Origin: Perna viridis
Taxonomy: Eukaryota
Reading direction: 5' to 3'
DNA: 64,000 bases
Assembly (NCBI GenBank): GCA_037379345.1
Contig: CM074512.1
Coordinates: 59,417,597 to 59,481,596 of the forward strand
The notes beneath the pieces were generated by a model. It searched no databases and had not been told where the DNA came from. It saw nothing but the letters and a program-made list of their open reading frames with translations. Positions within the stretch are counted from its first letter, which is position 1. Each line of letters starts with the position of its first letter. The position numbers were made by a program, and so were the translations under genes. This document shows positions 1 to 13,718 of the stretch, one piece after another.

Positions 1-1489
1 CTTGTTATTGTAATTTCAAACGTTACAAGATAATTTGTAGACAAGCCGTCAAATATTATGTGACTGTACTCATGCTATTTTAAGTTGTAGGATTTCAGCG
101 ACTGACACTTAGGAATTTGTTGTTAAACGACGAATCAAGTAAAAGCTGCTTAGTATCCAGTTGCGTCTTTACGGGAAAAGATGACTCCATAAAACAATAA
201 ACGACAAACAAACATGTCAAAAGCAGATTGTTTTCTAATCTCCATGTCATAAGTCTAAGCGAACGCGAAATGATATCTTACAATAGCAAGATTCAGTGAC
301 GCATTCCTTATGACAACTCGTATATTGTTTCTGATAGCTGACTGTAGGTTTCTATCCACTAATGAATTGTTGTGTATGTGCTGTCTTTAACTTCTATTAT
401 ATTATTGATCAAACAAGATTGTGCTCCATATAAGACTTAAATTAGAACAAGACTGCAGTTAAGAAAAATGAAACGTTGAGGTTAACACATCAGGACACCT
501 TTAACATGATACATATACTTTTGATTGAAACGTAGATTGTAATGATAGTAAATTAAGTTTTAAGATTTCAAAATTAAATATGACATTAAAAAATAATAAT
601 TGAAAATATGTCGCAGAATCAGCGTCAAATTGCAATTTTTAGTTTATATATTACATCAGGGTATTGTATGTTTGTTTATTTATGGATGGAGGTTACAATA
701 AAAGTATTGTTATTAACAACCATCTTAGGCAAGGGTTTCAGTTTCCATATTCGCTTTTTCAGGGAAAGAAAGAAAACAGATAACGGATAAAACAAGTAAA
801 TGTCACATTTTTGTCTTTCACACATACGATATTTCATTATGCGCATATTATAACTGTCACAAAAGAGCTACATCATAACTTCATTTCTAAGATCGACGGA
901 GCCAAAATATAGTTGAATTTTTTATATGAACAATCTAGATACTTTTAAATGCATCTAGAAACAAACTTTGTAAAACTATGGTGAGTGGCGATACACATAA
1001 AATGTGGACGGTTTTGCCTGGATGAACATTAAACATTTAGATGAGATTGAAATTTATTTTAAAAAAATGATAAAAATTTTTAATTAGAGTTAGATACTTT
1101 CACCTTTCGAAGAAATGCTGAAGACTGAAGAGAAGAATTTGTAAAGCATCTAGATAAAAGTTGAAAGTATGTAAGAGCAATTCTCTGTAAGGACAAAAAT
1201 TCAGGATACATTAAAAAAATGTAAGTGTCCAATATTGCTTGTTTAATGTATGAAGTCATCCTGGCTTGTAAACGTATAAACCAATAACATTTTTTGTAAC
1301 ACCATTGCCATGGTAAATATCCCATAAAACCCGAAGCGTCAGCAGTGGGATGATTTAAATACGTAAATATTCCGAAACATGACCGAAACGAGAACGCATG
1401 AAACAGAGACGATCTACTTACACAAGGTAGGGAACCAAAAAGTAAACCAAAATGAAAAAAAGGTTAAACGGACAACTGAAGATAAAGGA

Positions 1490-1800
1490 AACAAGACGTC
1501 ACACCAAAAAAGCACTAGCAATATAATCTCTTCCAAGAATCCGGGAGTGACATTAGGTGCTTCGGAAAGGTAAGCATGTCCTGCTCCGCCAGTGCCACAT
1601 GCCTTTTGCAAGTGAGTATAATCCGGTAATATTCTAGCAACAATAATGCAATTCCACGACAAGTGTCAAACGCTATTGACATTAGGGTGCAATCATTCAT
1701 TTTTAACCAAGAATCATGTTGTAAGCGTTGTAGAAATGCTATCAAACTGACTTCGCTCTGCTGCTATAGAGAGAGGTCATTCCAATGGTTCAATGGTTAT
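1490..1800 (-). mobile_element. Highly decayed 3' end of a Penelope-like (Naiad-type) element, family distinct from family A
   Basis: The minus strand at about 1545-1600 reads GGAGCAGGACATGCTTACCTTTCCGAAGCACCT, matching the GCTTACCCTACCGGTGCACCTG 3'-UTR core of the other PLE copies. Upstream sequence only faintly resembles the RT C-terminus. Confidence 0.4.
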
Positions 1801-3142
1801 GTTTCAATGCAAACCACTAATGAATGTATTTTCTCTATGATTACCTACTTTTTGGTAAAGTATACATATATTTGTCATAGTTTTAATTAAATAACATTAT
1901 AGCAATAAAGTTGAAAAGAGGAAACTTTCCTTATATTCCTTACTCATTGATTCCTTTTTTTTGAAACATGTTAATTTGAATGACTTAAAAACTGATCTTC
2001 AGTGACGCTACCACTCGATCTGTCGCACGTGCCAATTCACAAATTTTGGTTCTTTTGAATAAAGCCTATTGATATTTTAACGTTCTTCGCACTATATAAG
2101 GAACATCCAAATCGGGTCATAAAGTGGTGAATAAACTTTCGTGTTGTGTTTTGTAATTTGTGGTTCAATAGCTTTAGCCGTAATTTAGTAAGAGAGACCT
2201 TCTTTTATCGAAAGTTTTAAAAAATATTGATGGAATATCGACTCCAGTGTGGTACCCTCTTTCCATGTCGAAAGGAAGAGTTTGCGAAATAAAATTCTTA
2301 ATATTAACTTTTTTGCAAGTAGAAGTGAGTATAAAGAGCAGGTAATAAACTGGTGAATGTAACTTCCATATGTTTTTATTTGCGTTTCAATACTTAAGCT
2401 TAAATTGATGTAAATTTCCAGTAATTTGCCTTAAAAAGAGTAGTATGAAAGATTTAATGCTATACATCTTTACACTATTTAAAACACGCTTGTCAACATT
2501 TTTCTAACAAGTGAAAGAATTGTAATGCGCGGTACCCCCTCCTCATATCAATAGGAAGAGTTTAAAACAATTCTGTTTGGGATATGTAAACTTGCACTAG
2601 AGTTTTAACTTTGAAAAAAGTTTTCGTAACTGATAACGCACAATGATTAAAAATCTAAACATTTACATTGCACTAATCCTCAAAATCTTAATTATTAATT
2701 TATGTAGATCATTTTAAATTTTTGATGGAAAAAAATAAAATAAATTACCAAAAAGTTCGGTTGTAAAAAGTATTCAACATCCTATTAATATTGTTTTAGA
2801 CTCTTCCAGGAGCTACATGGCCTAGGTAGTTCTAAAAAATCTAGGACATCTTTTTTTAATTGTATATCATACGGCAGTTTGATGCTCCTGGAAAGGTTGA
2901 AATTCTGGCCTACACCTACAGGAAACAAATTTTCTAAGCTAAGTCAAGATCATACAGTGAAATGGAAATAAATTATCTTGTCCCGATGTGGTTGAAAATA
3001 AAATTTCTGACCCGCAAAATCAAAAAAAATAAATATTCTGACCCCACATCCTGCAGCACACATGACATTTTTACCATTTTTAAATGGTTATTAGATTTGT
3101 GGTTATTCAACTTACTGTATTGTTATATTGATAATTTTGTCG

Positions 3143-3708
3143 TACACTAAGACATCGATGGAAAAGAAAAACTATACGACATACGCGATGACTTTTCATT
3201 CCGTATTGTCTATATTTGCACATGTTATATCACAGTTGTTATATTACAACGCATACATTATGCCAGAGCTTGCAGTAATTACACAAACTTTTTGTACCGC
3301 ACTAGACTTCTTACAATCAGGCTTCTGGTACAGAGTTATTTCGCTACAAGATTGAAGTCATAACCACGGACGTTTTATGGTCGTCATCATGGATCATTAC
3401 GGTGTATCTATCTGCATCATGAGAACTGATTTGTTCAACGTGTCATAGTTTTCCTTTCCTCTTTCGTGTACCAAGAACAACATTTTATCAGCAACTCGAC
3501 GGATGTTTCTAGAAAAGCAGAGGACGCTTATCGTACCGGTCACCTGGTACATCCACTTTTTAGTGGAGTCAGAGTTGCTGATTTAGTTTTGTTACTTTAT
3601 ACGTTTTATTTTGGTTATTTTTGGTTATTTTATGTTCCTTGATGTGCGTGTCTGTTTTCCCTGTCTTGACTTTGTCCTTGAATATTGCATTTCCATATAA
3701 CTAGCTAA
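3143..3708 (+). mobile_element. Naiad-type PLE family A, 5'-truncated 3' fragment (RT C-terminus + 3' UTR)
   Basis: Aligns by eye with 37990-38630 (GACATCGATGG...GATGACTTTTCATTCCG...AGCAACTCG...AGTTGCT); frameshifted. Confidence 0.85.
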
Positions 3709-4699
3709 TTCACTGGAGAATAGCTAGTTTCCACAAATTCAGTTGAACAGTAGATGCATAGAGAATTTCTGTATGAGTGCAAAAACTTCAGTGATCTTTG
3801 CATTTAATTCGGAATTTAGTCATTCTGTGAAGTTTTTTTTGAAGCAAAAGTATAAATCATTTTTTCTCAGTAAATCGCTGACTGGGATTACCATGGCTGT
3901 GTATCATAGTCATATTTTCACTTACATTTTCATTTTTGTTTTATTAGACCATGAACACTCCCAACCTAACATGAATATTATAATACTCAATTTTTACTTT
4001 CTTTATCGGTATCCAAATTATGATAAGCACATGCATTGAAAGTACCTGCAAAATAATCAAATTTATTCATTTTTCATTTACCTCGAGTCAAATTAGCTTC
4101 TGGAGTCAAGGCATTTAATAACACAAAAACTCTTATAAAAAAATCAACAAAAAAAATAAACAACATTGAAAATGAGAGTGTGAACCATACTTCCATGCAT
4201 TCGTCTGCTTCGTATTTGGCCAAAAAAGGTTTAAGTTTACATTGGATGAATCAAAAGGCTAGGTAGGTAGGTAAAATTATTCAATTTTAAAATCAATTGA
4301 AATAGACTCTTGTGGGGGGATCTTTTGTTTTTCAAATTTTCAAATAAAAATATAGTTTAGAGGCAATTCATAAAAAATACCTATAAACCGTTCTAGGATG
4401 TGTTGGTAACAATTTGTTTTCTTTAGCCTTATACACATGTAACGATATATCAGTACACAATGATATTTTTCTTTATTTTCCAGTTTCTGAAGATCCAGTA
4501 TCTGGAACAAGGATGGAATATGCTGCTTAAAAATAATTAATTAATGCTTTCAAAATACAGGACTTAGTACCTATACTTACAACTATGTGTTTCCATCTAT
4601 AAATTTCTTTGCCTTCTTTCCCTTAAAGATTCAAAATATCAGACAAAGGCACCAATTTATCGATTTAAAGTTTTATGCAAGCATTTATGAGAAGTTAAA

Positions 4700-6260
4700 A
4701 TTTTCAAACTTATCAAACCATGTTCTATTTCTTAAAATGATAAATTTGACTACAACGATAACGAACCACATTGCACTATATAAAAATTAAATTAAAAATT
4801 GCAAAACATGCAACATTTTAAAAACCGACTCTTTCTTTACTAGTACCCTTACGAACAAAACATTTCACACAGAAAGTGATGATGACTTAAGTAGCAAATC
4901 GACAAACCTAATCTACAGATAAGAATGCAATTGATGCTATCTGGTGTATGTCGATAAAACACAAGAACGATTAAACAGCCTAATGTGCGGTCATCAATTG
5001 GAAATGAATAACACCAAATTCCCGACAGTTTATAAACTTTTGAATCAACAGGTTCATTCAATACTCTCTAGGAAAGTTCGTATGATTAAAAAAATATGCA
5101 TTCCAACGAATAAAAGCCGTTGTAAGGAAAGAGAGGAATACTAGATACGCAGAATAGGTACAACAAAACCTTATTGGAACAATGACAACATCAAAGGTAC
5201 AGGAAACCTTTCTAACCAATTAAACAATAACATACATGCGATGAATTTATTTGACAAAAATTCAAGACGAATAAGGAATCATGGTCATCGCCACTATACA
5301 CCACCTTAGATGCATGATGTCTCCATAGATGGTCTTCTTCCTTTCATAGGAAAAACCTCTTGGACTTCATCACATTCGAACAAAACTCTATTCTATACCT
5401 CTCACTCTACCACACTCCCTTTACAAAACAAGTCTTGACACTCTGATTCTGAACTTACTTCATCATTATACAGACTTGTGGCCTTCATTTTAGACACTGG
5501 TTTCCATAGACTCAGGTTGTGTAAAAGGTCGATGAAGAAAAACGATCATTTCTTTCCTGCCGTTTTCCAACAAAGGTATAGATGAAATTATTTTTGCTAA
5601 CACAAAAACGTCACGAATAAAATTTCACCATATTTCTAAGACAAATCAATACCGATTATTTCATATTTCTATACTTCACCTATTGCCTCCAAAATTATTA
5701 ATTATAAAAGGCTATTGCAGGACCTCGAGAATAAGGACTTCAACGCTAAACCACCTAACAATTCATGCAAAAACTATCCATTAAAATATGTCCCTTCTGG
5801 TCATGTCATTACGGGAGATTTAAACATCATCGAAAACGAATCTCTCCGTAAAGTCCTTTCTAAAGATCCCAAATACCATGAACAACGCTTCATAAATTGG
5901 AATTATGACTTTAAAGTTCTAATGGATACCGTGAAAGACTACGAAAGAAAATGAATAAAACAAGAACAAGAAGACATTGGTTCTCTGTCAGAGTGGGTAA
6001 AAGCTGTGAGGTATTTGATTTTGAAACTTAAGAAAGTTTTAAGTAGCTCAATGAGTGCCAATGTGACATCAGTTTTCAAAGACCCGATGAAGCAGCAACA
6101 TTGTCTATTATAGATGAAAAATATGTTGTCGTACCAGCAGACAAAGCCCAAAACAACATTGTTTTTGTCTGTAGAATGTATTACATCCAATGTTTATTAT
6201 CAGAGATAGATGTCGAAAATAATGGCAATAATAAGACCTATACTGCTAACATACTATCTA
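4700..6260 (+). mobile_element. Naiad-type PLE family A, 5' half (GIY-YIG endonuclease, linker, RT N-terminus), pseudogenised
   Basis: Decayed NLIY-ECN-C-LVYV-TQERL-MCGH, SCK-YVPSGHVITGDL, KYVVVPADKAQNNIVFVC; co-linear with 13719-15330 on the minus strand. Confidence 0.9.
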
Positions 6261-6261
6261 A

Positions 6262-8360
6262 TAAGGGTAACAACAAAATTACCGAACAATAATCCGATTC
6301 ATCATCATGTCAAGTCCAACATAAATCGGGAAAAATAGATATTACACCACCGCAGCAGCTGGTATTGCAATGGTCCTGAAGTGGAACAAGCATTTTAAAC
6401 GAAATGGAGGGTTAAATCTAGGTTTTACATTGCGCTAAACCTCTCTTCCATTGCGGCGAGAATTTTGTGATTAAAAAACATTTGGATGCTATTGTCGTGA
6501 TCGTTAAATCAGCGCTCACATAAGCAGAAAGACCAATTTACAAAAATAAAACAATCATTACTCGTTATTTTACAAGAAACAGTATTTTTCATACTGACAC
6601 TGACATATAAAAAGAATTCGGTAAGAGACATTTTAAGACACATTTCCTCATACCCCTGATTCAGGTGTCTGTATCATTAATCATGTATTTCTATATTTAT
6701 GGCGTTCCAGGAAATCAGAGTGTTAGTACTTGATCTAGTGTAGCAATCAATTGTGAAATATAAACACCGTATGCAGCAGATGAAGGAATATTGATGCACA
6801 GGAGAGAAAAATTTATGATATTAAAATTAAAGTCGTCTCTTTTATCATAAATCGTAGTGCTGAGATGACCACTGTTGTCAATGTAGAGATGTAGGTCCAA
6901 AGAAATGCAGATTAAGTTATTTCTGTAAGTTTCCTTTATCCCGAGATCTGGTGGATATATTGACAGAAACCATTTAACAAAAGAAAGGTAGTTGATGGAC
7001 AATACATCATCAATATATCTGTATGTAAAGTTAAAGGATTTAGCATCTTTTATTTTTTTTTTATTTTTTACGAGATTCTGATGTAATTCAGCCTCGTATG
7101 AATATAAAACAAATCGGCTAAGAGAGGAGCATAGTTAGTGCCCATTGAAATGTCAACTTGTTGTTCAAAATAATTCCTCCATATGTGACAATTTGTTTTA
7201 TCAATGGAGAAATCAAGCATATCGCAAACTCGTTTTTCTGTGTAGCACACTTTGCCCTTCTCTGATTATTTAGAAAAAATGTGGATTTGTAACCAAGAAT
7301 AACGTAATTGTTTTTTTAAGCAACAAGCAATTTACAAATAAGTCCTTTCAAACGATATTTCAATTTATCATATGGTAACTTAGTGTAAGAAGTTGATAAG
7401 TCAAAAGTTTGGAAAGAACTAATTTCCGTAAAGCTGTTGGATTATAGGTTTTGGAGTAAGCCTTCAGAATTTTTAAGTATCTACAAATGATTAATGCCAC
7501 TACGAGAGTAGGTGGTATTGCAATAAGCTTGTTGTCTATCTTTCACTGCGGACAATATCTTTGTAAAATGAATCGACATATCCATCGTAGAGCAAGTTGA
7601 AGATCCTGCTATATATCTTTCTTTGTTTGGATTCTTATGAAGTTTGGGAATTCAATACAAGTAAGGTAAGTCCTCACATTTTTTTCGATGTTGAGAGAAA
7701 TGCAGGACTTATGGCTGTTAAGGATTTCATCTTTGTCAAAAGTAGTACGTTTGTATGTGGCATTACCTGGGGTGGATGTTACTATCAATGCCCAATTCCT
7801 TAATAAGACAATTGAGGTAATGCGCTTTACAAACAAATACACTGTTGTTTGAAGCTTTGTCCGCAGAGATGATAACATATTTCTCATGTAATAAGGAAAG
7901 ACATTCAAGTGCTCACGATCGTTAAAAGATCTGGGCTCTCTTATTGACACATTTTTGGAGATTGTCAATATGAATCCGTCCCAACGATTTGATGGAACAT
8001 ATCCAATCTGAGAAGGACTCGATTTCTTGTTCTTGGTCCTTTTCTCTCTTTATCCATGATATGGCATAATCTTCAACTGCATCTATTATGGTTTCCGGTT
8101 GAGGCGCTGTAGTTCTCCGAAAACAACTTTTTATAGGAGTACATTCTCAATGGTATTCAAATCTCCACTGATGACATGACCAGAAGGGCTGTAATTAGAG
8201 AGAGGAGCACAGCCGCCGACTAGACTAAGTATTCCTCAATGTTTAGATTCTGCAATGTCTTTTTATGGTTGAAAATTTTACTATTCATTATCTCAGTGTA
8301 GCTGTACAAGACAATAGAAACAGATTGATTTTTTAAATATGGTGGAATTTGGGAAACTAC
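6262..8360 (-). mobile_element. Second Naiad-type PLE family (B), 5'-truncated and decayed, with linker, RT and 3' UTR
   Basis: Minus-strand peptides NYSPSGHVISGD (about 8160-8195), QQVDISMGTNYAPLLADLF, RYIDD (about 7005-7020) and IYDKRDDFNFNIINF...SAAYGVYISQLI. The 3' UTR is unlike family A. Confidence 0.85.
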
Positions 8361-8518
8361 CTCTTTAAAGAGAAGTAAAGAATATTACTGATGTTCATAG
8401 CATATCTTCCCTTGTTGGAAAATGGAAATAAAAAAACCGTAATCCAGGGACCAAGAATACAGAATGGAAAACCACAAATCTGTGCTATCCCCTTTTGGTA
8501 TTCGATGATTGTGATGAG

Positions 8519-9224
8519 TTTCGGGTATTTGATAAATCGCATCTCCCCAAAAGAACGAGAAAAAGGATGTTACAGACACTGTGAAGTCAGCTTCATATCT
8601 TGACCAACACTTAGAAATCAATGGTAAAGGAAAACTATTGACCAAACTATTCTACAAACGCGATGACTTTTCATTCCGTATTGTCAACTTCCCTTTCATC
8701 TGTTGCAACATCCCTTCAGCCTTGGTATGGAGTTTTAATATCACACATCACGTTATGCCAGAGCTTGCCGTAACTACGCAGACTTTTTGTATCGTGATAG
8801 ACTTCTTAAAATTAGTCTTCCGGATCAGGGTTATGTTGCTACAAGATTGAAGTCACCGCTACAGAAGTTTTATGCTCGTCATAATGAAATTGTGGATCGT
8901 TACAGCGAATTCATTTGCACCATGAAAACTGATTTGTTCAGCGTATCAGTTTCTTTCCTTTTTCTACCCCAGAATTAACTTTTTATTAGCAACTCGATGG
9001 GTCTTTCTAGAAGGGGCAAGGGACGCTTACCCTACCGCTGCACCTGTTCCATGCTCCTAGATTTTAGTGAATCCGAGTTGCTCATTTAGTTTTGTTACTT
9101 TGTATGTATTATTTTGGTTATTTTATTTCTTTGTTGTGTGTGTCTGTTTTCCATGTCTGGTCTTTGTCCCTTGATTATATTCTTTTGATTTCCACTAGAA
9201 TCGAGGTCCCCTTTATTACTCTTT
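8519..9224 (+). mobile_element. Naiad PLE family A 3' fragment
   Basis: KSASYLDQHLEINGKGKLLTKLFYKRDDFSFRIVNFPF; 3' UTR ends ...TTATTACTCTTT. Confidence 0.9.
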
Positions 9225-10767
9225 CAAGCACTTCAGCGTATATAAGTAGAAGAAAACGATTCTTAGAGAAATGGTGTTCTATGTTATGTTAAACTTTCAA
9301 CCTCTTGAATTCTGTTTTAACTCAAAGTCCTGTCTAGAAATAACACACTAACATTAATAAGAAAACGATTGTTCCTGAACATTATGTCCAGCAAAGTAAT
9401 GCACGCCTACAAAATAAAAAAAACCATTTTATACGCCATGTTTTGACTCTTCAACTACTGTTAAACTGATTGCAAAAAACTGCGATTGCTTAATGGTATG
9501 GTGCTGTTGTCGTCCAAAGATAAAGATAATTGGTTTTAATGATTGGAAAAGAGGCAGTGTCCATGAATCGTAAGCCTATCGAACTGAATTATTTCAGAAC
9601 CTATATGTTTCCTGGTGAATTTAGAGGTCAAGATCATGAGAAAATTGTATGTTTATTAAACATATATTATAATGATTGCCTTTTAAATGACCTCGAAATG
9701 AGAAAAATTTACTTTGAAGTTTTTGTGTTTCATGTTCTTTTGACAGTAAATATTTTGACATGCTTATTTGAAATGCTCGAAAGAAATACCCTGTTAAAAC
9801 ACTTAATATCATTGAAATTGTACAACAAAGATTCAACGTTTGTTTTGTTTTCCAATCATTTTTTATGATTTAATTTTAAATGAAATACTTAAGTTGTCTG
9901 TGATAAGTTCTTGTCGTATTAATGAATTTTTCTGTAAATATATCGGTTAGTAATCATCGAGCCATCGAGTGGTCGGCTGTTGTGTTAAAAATAGAAAAGA
10001 TATTTCTATGGTTTCAGAAAAGTACAAGCATGTTGTTTTCCTCTATTCAATTTAATTTCCTACCATAGTAGTTTATCATTCTTTTGAAAAATTTAAAATT
10101 GAAATTCGACACGTCTGTCTGTTTTCAATGATTAATACATTTGTATGCAATGAACGTAATACTGGTAATGTAGATTTTTTTTTACAAAAATAATATCTGA
10201 TTTGCTAATTACTGCGTGTTAAATATATTTCTGGTCATTATTGAAACATAGAAATTTGTGGTTGAACACGCGATCCCTTAAAGTAGTATATCTTAATTGC
10301 ACGGTTCATGCAGTACAAAATTGCTTCATTTTTCTTATTTCTTGGCGGTTTTAAACCTAAAATTGTTTCTTAAAACTATGTTTGTAAACATTATTTTTAT
10401 GTTCTTGTTTTGTATTTGTTTAATACTAATGGGTTGAGTGGTGTTTGCATTGAAAACTACAAGTGTTTATGATGTTCGTTTTCTTTCTTTGCGAGTTGTT
10501 TAAAAAATAAACATAAGTCTTTAATTCACTCCAGCATAAATCGATACGTTTTTGAATATTTTTTGCTATGTGCCTTTCACTTTTACAAGGTCTCTTAGAA
10601 ACAAAACTTATTTATGAAACCAGGGGCTTTTCGGAACATATTATAAAAAACATTTTTAACTCTTTTTTGTAAACATATAAGAAATTTCAAACATTCACTA
10701 CACTTATTTTCTTAAGACTGCACATGGTAATAGTCAGACGTTTAGAAATATTATAAAACATTCTTTT

Positions 10768-11379
10768 ATCGATGGTAAAGGAAAACTATTGACCAAACTT
10801 TACGACAAACGTGATGACTTTTCATTCAGAATTGTTAACTTTCCTTTCATCTGTGGCAACATCCCTTCGGCTTCTGCGTATGGAGTGTTCATATCACAAC
10901 TCATACGTTATGCCAGAGCTTACCGAAACTACGCAGACCTTTTGTATCGCGCTAGAAATCTAAAAGATAGGCTTCTGGAAAGGGTTGTGTTGCTACAAGA
11001 TTGAAGTCATCACTACAGAAGTTTTATGTCGTCATCATGAACTCGTGGATCGTTATGGTGTATCCATCAGCACCATGAAAACTGATGTATTCAACGGTTC
11101 ATAGTTTTCCTTTCCTCGTTGTCTACCCCAGACTTGACTTTTTATGAGCAACTCGGCGGATGATTCTAGAAAAGCAGAGGACGCTTACCGGTACACCTGG
11201 TCCATGCTCCCAGTTTTTAGTGGAGTCCGAGTTGCTCATTTACTTTTGTCACTTTGTATGTATGATTTTAGTTACTTTATGTTCTTTGTTGTGAATGTCT
11301 GTTTTCCATGTCTGGTCTTTGTCCCTGGATTACATTCTTTTGATTACCGCTATAACCTTGGTTCCCTTGATTACTCTTT
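10768..11379 (+). mobile_element. Naiad PLE family A 3' fragment (young)
   Basis: TKLYDKRDDFSFRIVNFPFICGNIPSASAYGVFISQLIRYARA; ends GGTTCCCTTGATTACTCTTT. Confidence 0.92.
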
Positions 11380-11699
11380 AAAAAAAATTTGGAAGAAAAA
11401 TGTTAAAAAAAAAACACTTTGTTGAAGTGTACCATGCTAAACGACGATCGATAAACACTGAAGTTGTTCTGTCTAATTCATGAAAAGATTAGACCAATTG
11501 CATCTCTGAAATTAAGCCTCAACTCTAATAAAAAAAATCTGTTATTTCCTTGATAATAGAATAGGATAAGCCGATGATTATAATGTATTGTTGGATGGTG
11601 AAATTGATTGCACAGAATTGTTGGGCTATCTGCTGACGAATATTTTATTTTATTTCATAAAGGATTATGTCAAGGTGGTTTTGGGTAAGTTAATTTGCA

Positions 11700-11989
11700 A
11701 TTTTTTCAACGTGTCATACATTTCTTCTTTCGTCTACCCCGGACTTTTTGAGCAACTCGACGAAAGTTTCTAGAAAAGCAGAGGACGCTTACACTACCGG
11801 TGCACCTGGTCAATGCTCCAAGCATTTGATGTAATCCGAGTTGCTTATTTACTTTTGCATCTCAGTACGTGTTATTTTGGTTATTTCATGTTCTTTGATG
11901 TGTGTATCTGTTTTCTCTTTCTGGTCTTTATCCTTTGATTAAATTCTTTTGATTTCTGCTTGAATCTTTGTTGCCTTGATTACTCTTTG
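11700..11989 (+). mobile_element. Naiad PLE family A 3'-UTR-only fragment
   Basis: GAGCAACTCG...GCAGAGGACGCTTAC...CCGGTGCACCTGG...CCGAGTTGCT; ends CTTGATTACTCTTT. Confidence 0.85.
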
Positions 11990-13718
11990 AAATCATATTT
12001 AATACCTTCTGGACTAATATCTATGAAACAGTTGAACTCTGTGCATGCTTTCGTCATTACATTTAGTGATATTGTAAAATTATAGAATAATATCGGGTGA
12101 TATGCACTATTTAAATCAAACAATAAAAATATAAGATCTTCCAACATTGTTTGTCAAATAATTCATATCATAATGTTTTAGGGTTGCGGGCATGTACGTG
12201 GATCTTTGTAAATAAACTCGTGGTGTTATACTTTTCATTCATTTTTATTGATATTTAGGTGTATATGATTGACCCGATCATGTAATGATTTTACCAGACA
12301 AATGAATTATTGATTACGTCATCTTTTGGGAAAAATATTAATAGTATTTTGTAAAAAATGAAATTAAGTCGTAATTTACTTGTAGTAATTATTACTTTTT
12401 TATCCTTTTGATTACCGCTATAACATTGGTTCCCTTGTTATCATGAAATACAAATAGTACTTATGTAAATAAATGTTGTATTTAATTTATGACAACATAG
12501 AGTGTTTCTATGTCTTTCATTGTTATCAAGATAAGTAAAGAAAAAGACATGATTTTGGTGTATTAGTAGTGCTTTGTGTTTCCATCAGCTTGCAGAACTG
12601 CCACGGTATCTATGCTTGTGTTTAAAGTGTTATTTAGGACAAGTGGCTGATTTGATCTCGGTATATAACATATATAGACGCGTGACTGACTTGATCTTGG
12701 TGCTTGGTTTTAAATGTTATCATTAGGTAGAGTAACTGTCAAGATTTTTATGCTTGGTCCGAAACGTTTTCACCAAGACGAATGACTGTCAATATCATTA
12801 TTCTTAGGCAAATTATTTAAGTTTCCACTGGCATAAACGTAATGTTCACATTTACGGTTTTTAGTTAAATATATAATATGTATCCCTAGCAAATTGTAAA
12901 TTCGTTTGAATTAAAATATTTTGCAATGTCTAACCCACAAGAGAATTTATACTTCTGTAAAGGATGGCTTAATTTGTATTTTCAGTTAAGTATGAATAAA
13001 AATACTTTCCAGGTTTCTTTTTTTATTTTACTTATAAAGATTTCCATATTCATAATCTGTTCAAAAACTCTACAAACTCTTTAATTCATTGCGCATAGAA
13101 AACGTTTTCAATTTGAGTATTTCACCTGCTCATTTAAAACTGGTCTCAGTATGAATAAAATGCTCATTCCCAACGTATCAAAACTGTAAAAAATCACTTA
13201 TTTGGTGAATACGGGCACTTGGTATATTGTTTTGCATTCATAGTTTTGCTAGTAAAAAAGTGAATTTACAAAAATTCAGTTTGTCTTTTTCATTCAGTAT
13301 TATTTTGTTTATAATACATATTCCATATTTTAAACAAGTTTTTTTGTCGACTTTTTGATATCATAGCCGAGAAATTTAAAAACTATACTGGAATTGTGTG
13401 ATACATAAATATCTTTAGTGTGAATGTTCACGTTGTATAAGTGGGTTAATTATTTTGGATAATTTAAACGCTTAACAACTAAACAACTGCTTGCATGAAT
13501 ATTGTCAATTTTTTTTAAATACCAATCACATGTGAAGATGAAGAAAAACTTTAATTCAGAAATTCACCTTTTTTCGCGTACGATAAGTAATTATCGTCAC
13601 TATATAATTGATACTCAAGCGACTTGAAAGAGTAATCAAGGGAACCAAGGTTATAGCGGTAATCAAAAGAATGTAATCCAGGAACAAAGACCAGACATGG
13701 AAAACAGACATTCACAAT

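Noticed and set aside
2235-2575. Two diverged direct repeats of about 45 bp (GGTACCC...AGGAAGAGTTT), about 280 bp apart
   Set aside because: Only two copies and no boundaries or TSD found; most likely the interior of an old TE.
11144-11425. Small hydrophobic proteins (MSNSA..., also at 15573-15812, 38391-38735 and 9092-9292)
   Set aside because: Translations of the Naiad 3' UTR; the frame is not preserved between copies.
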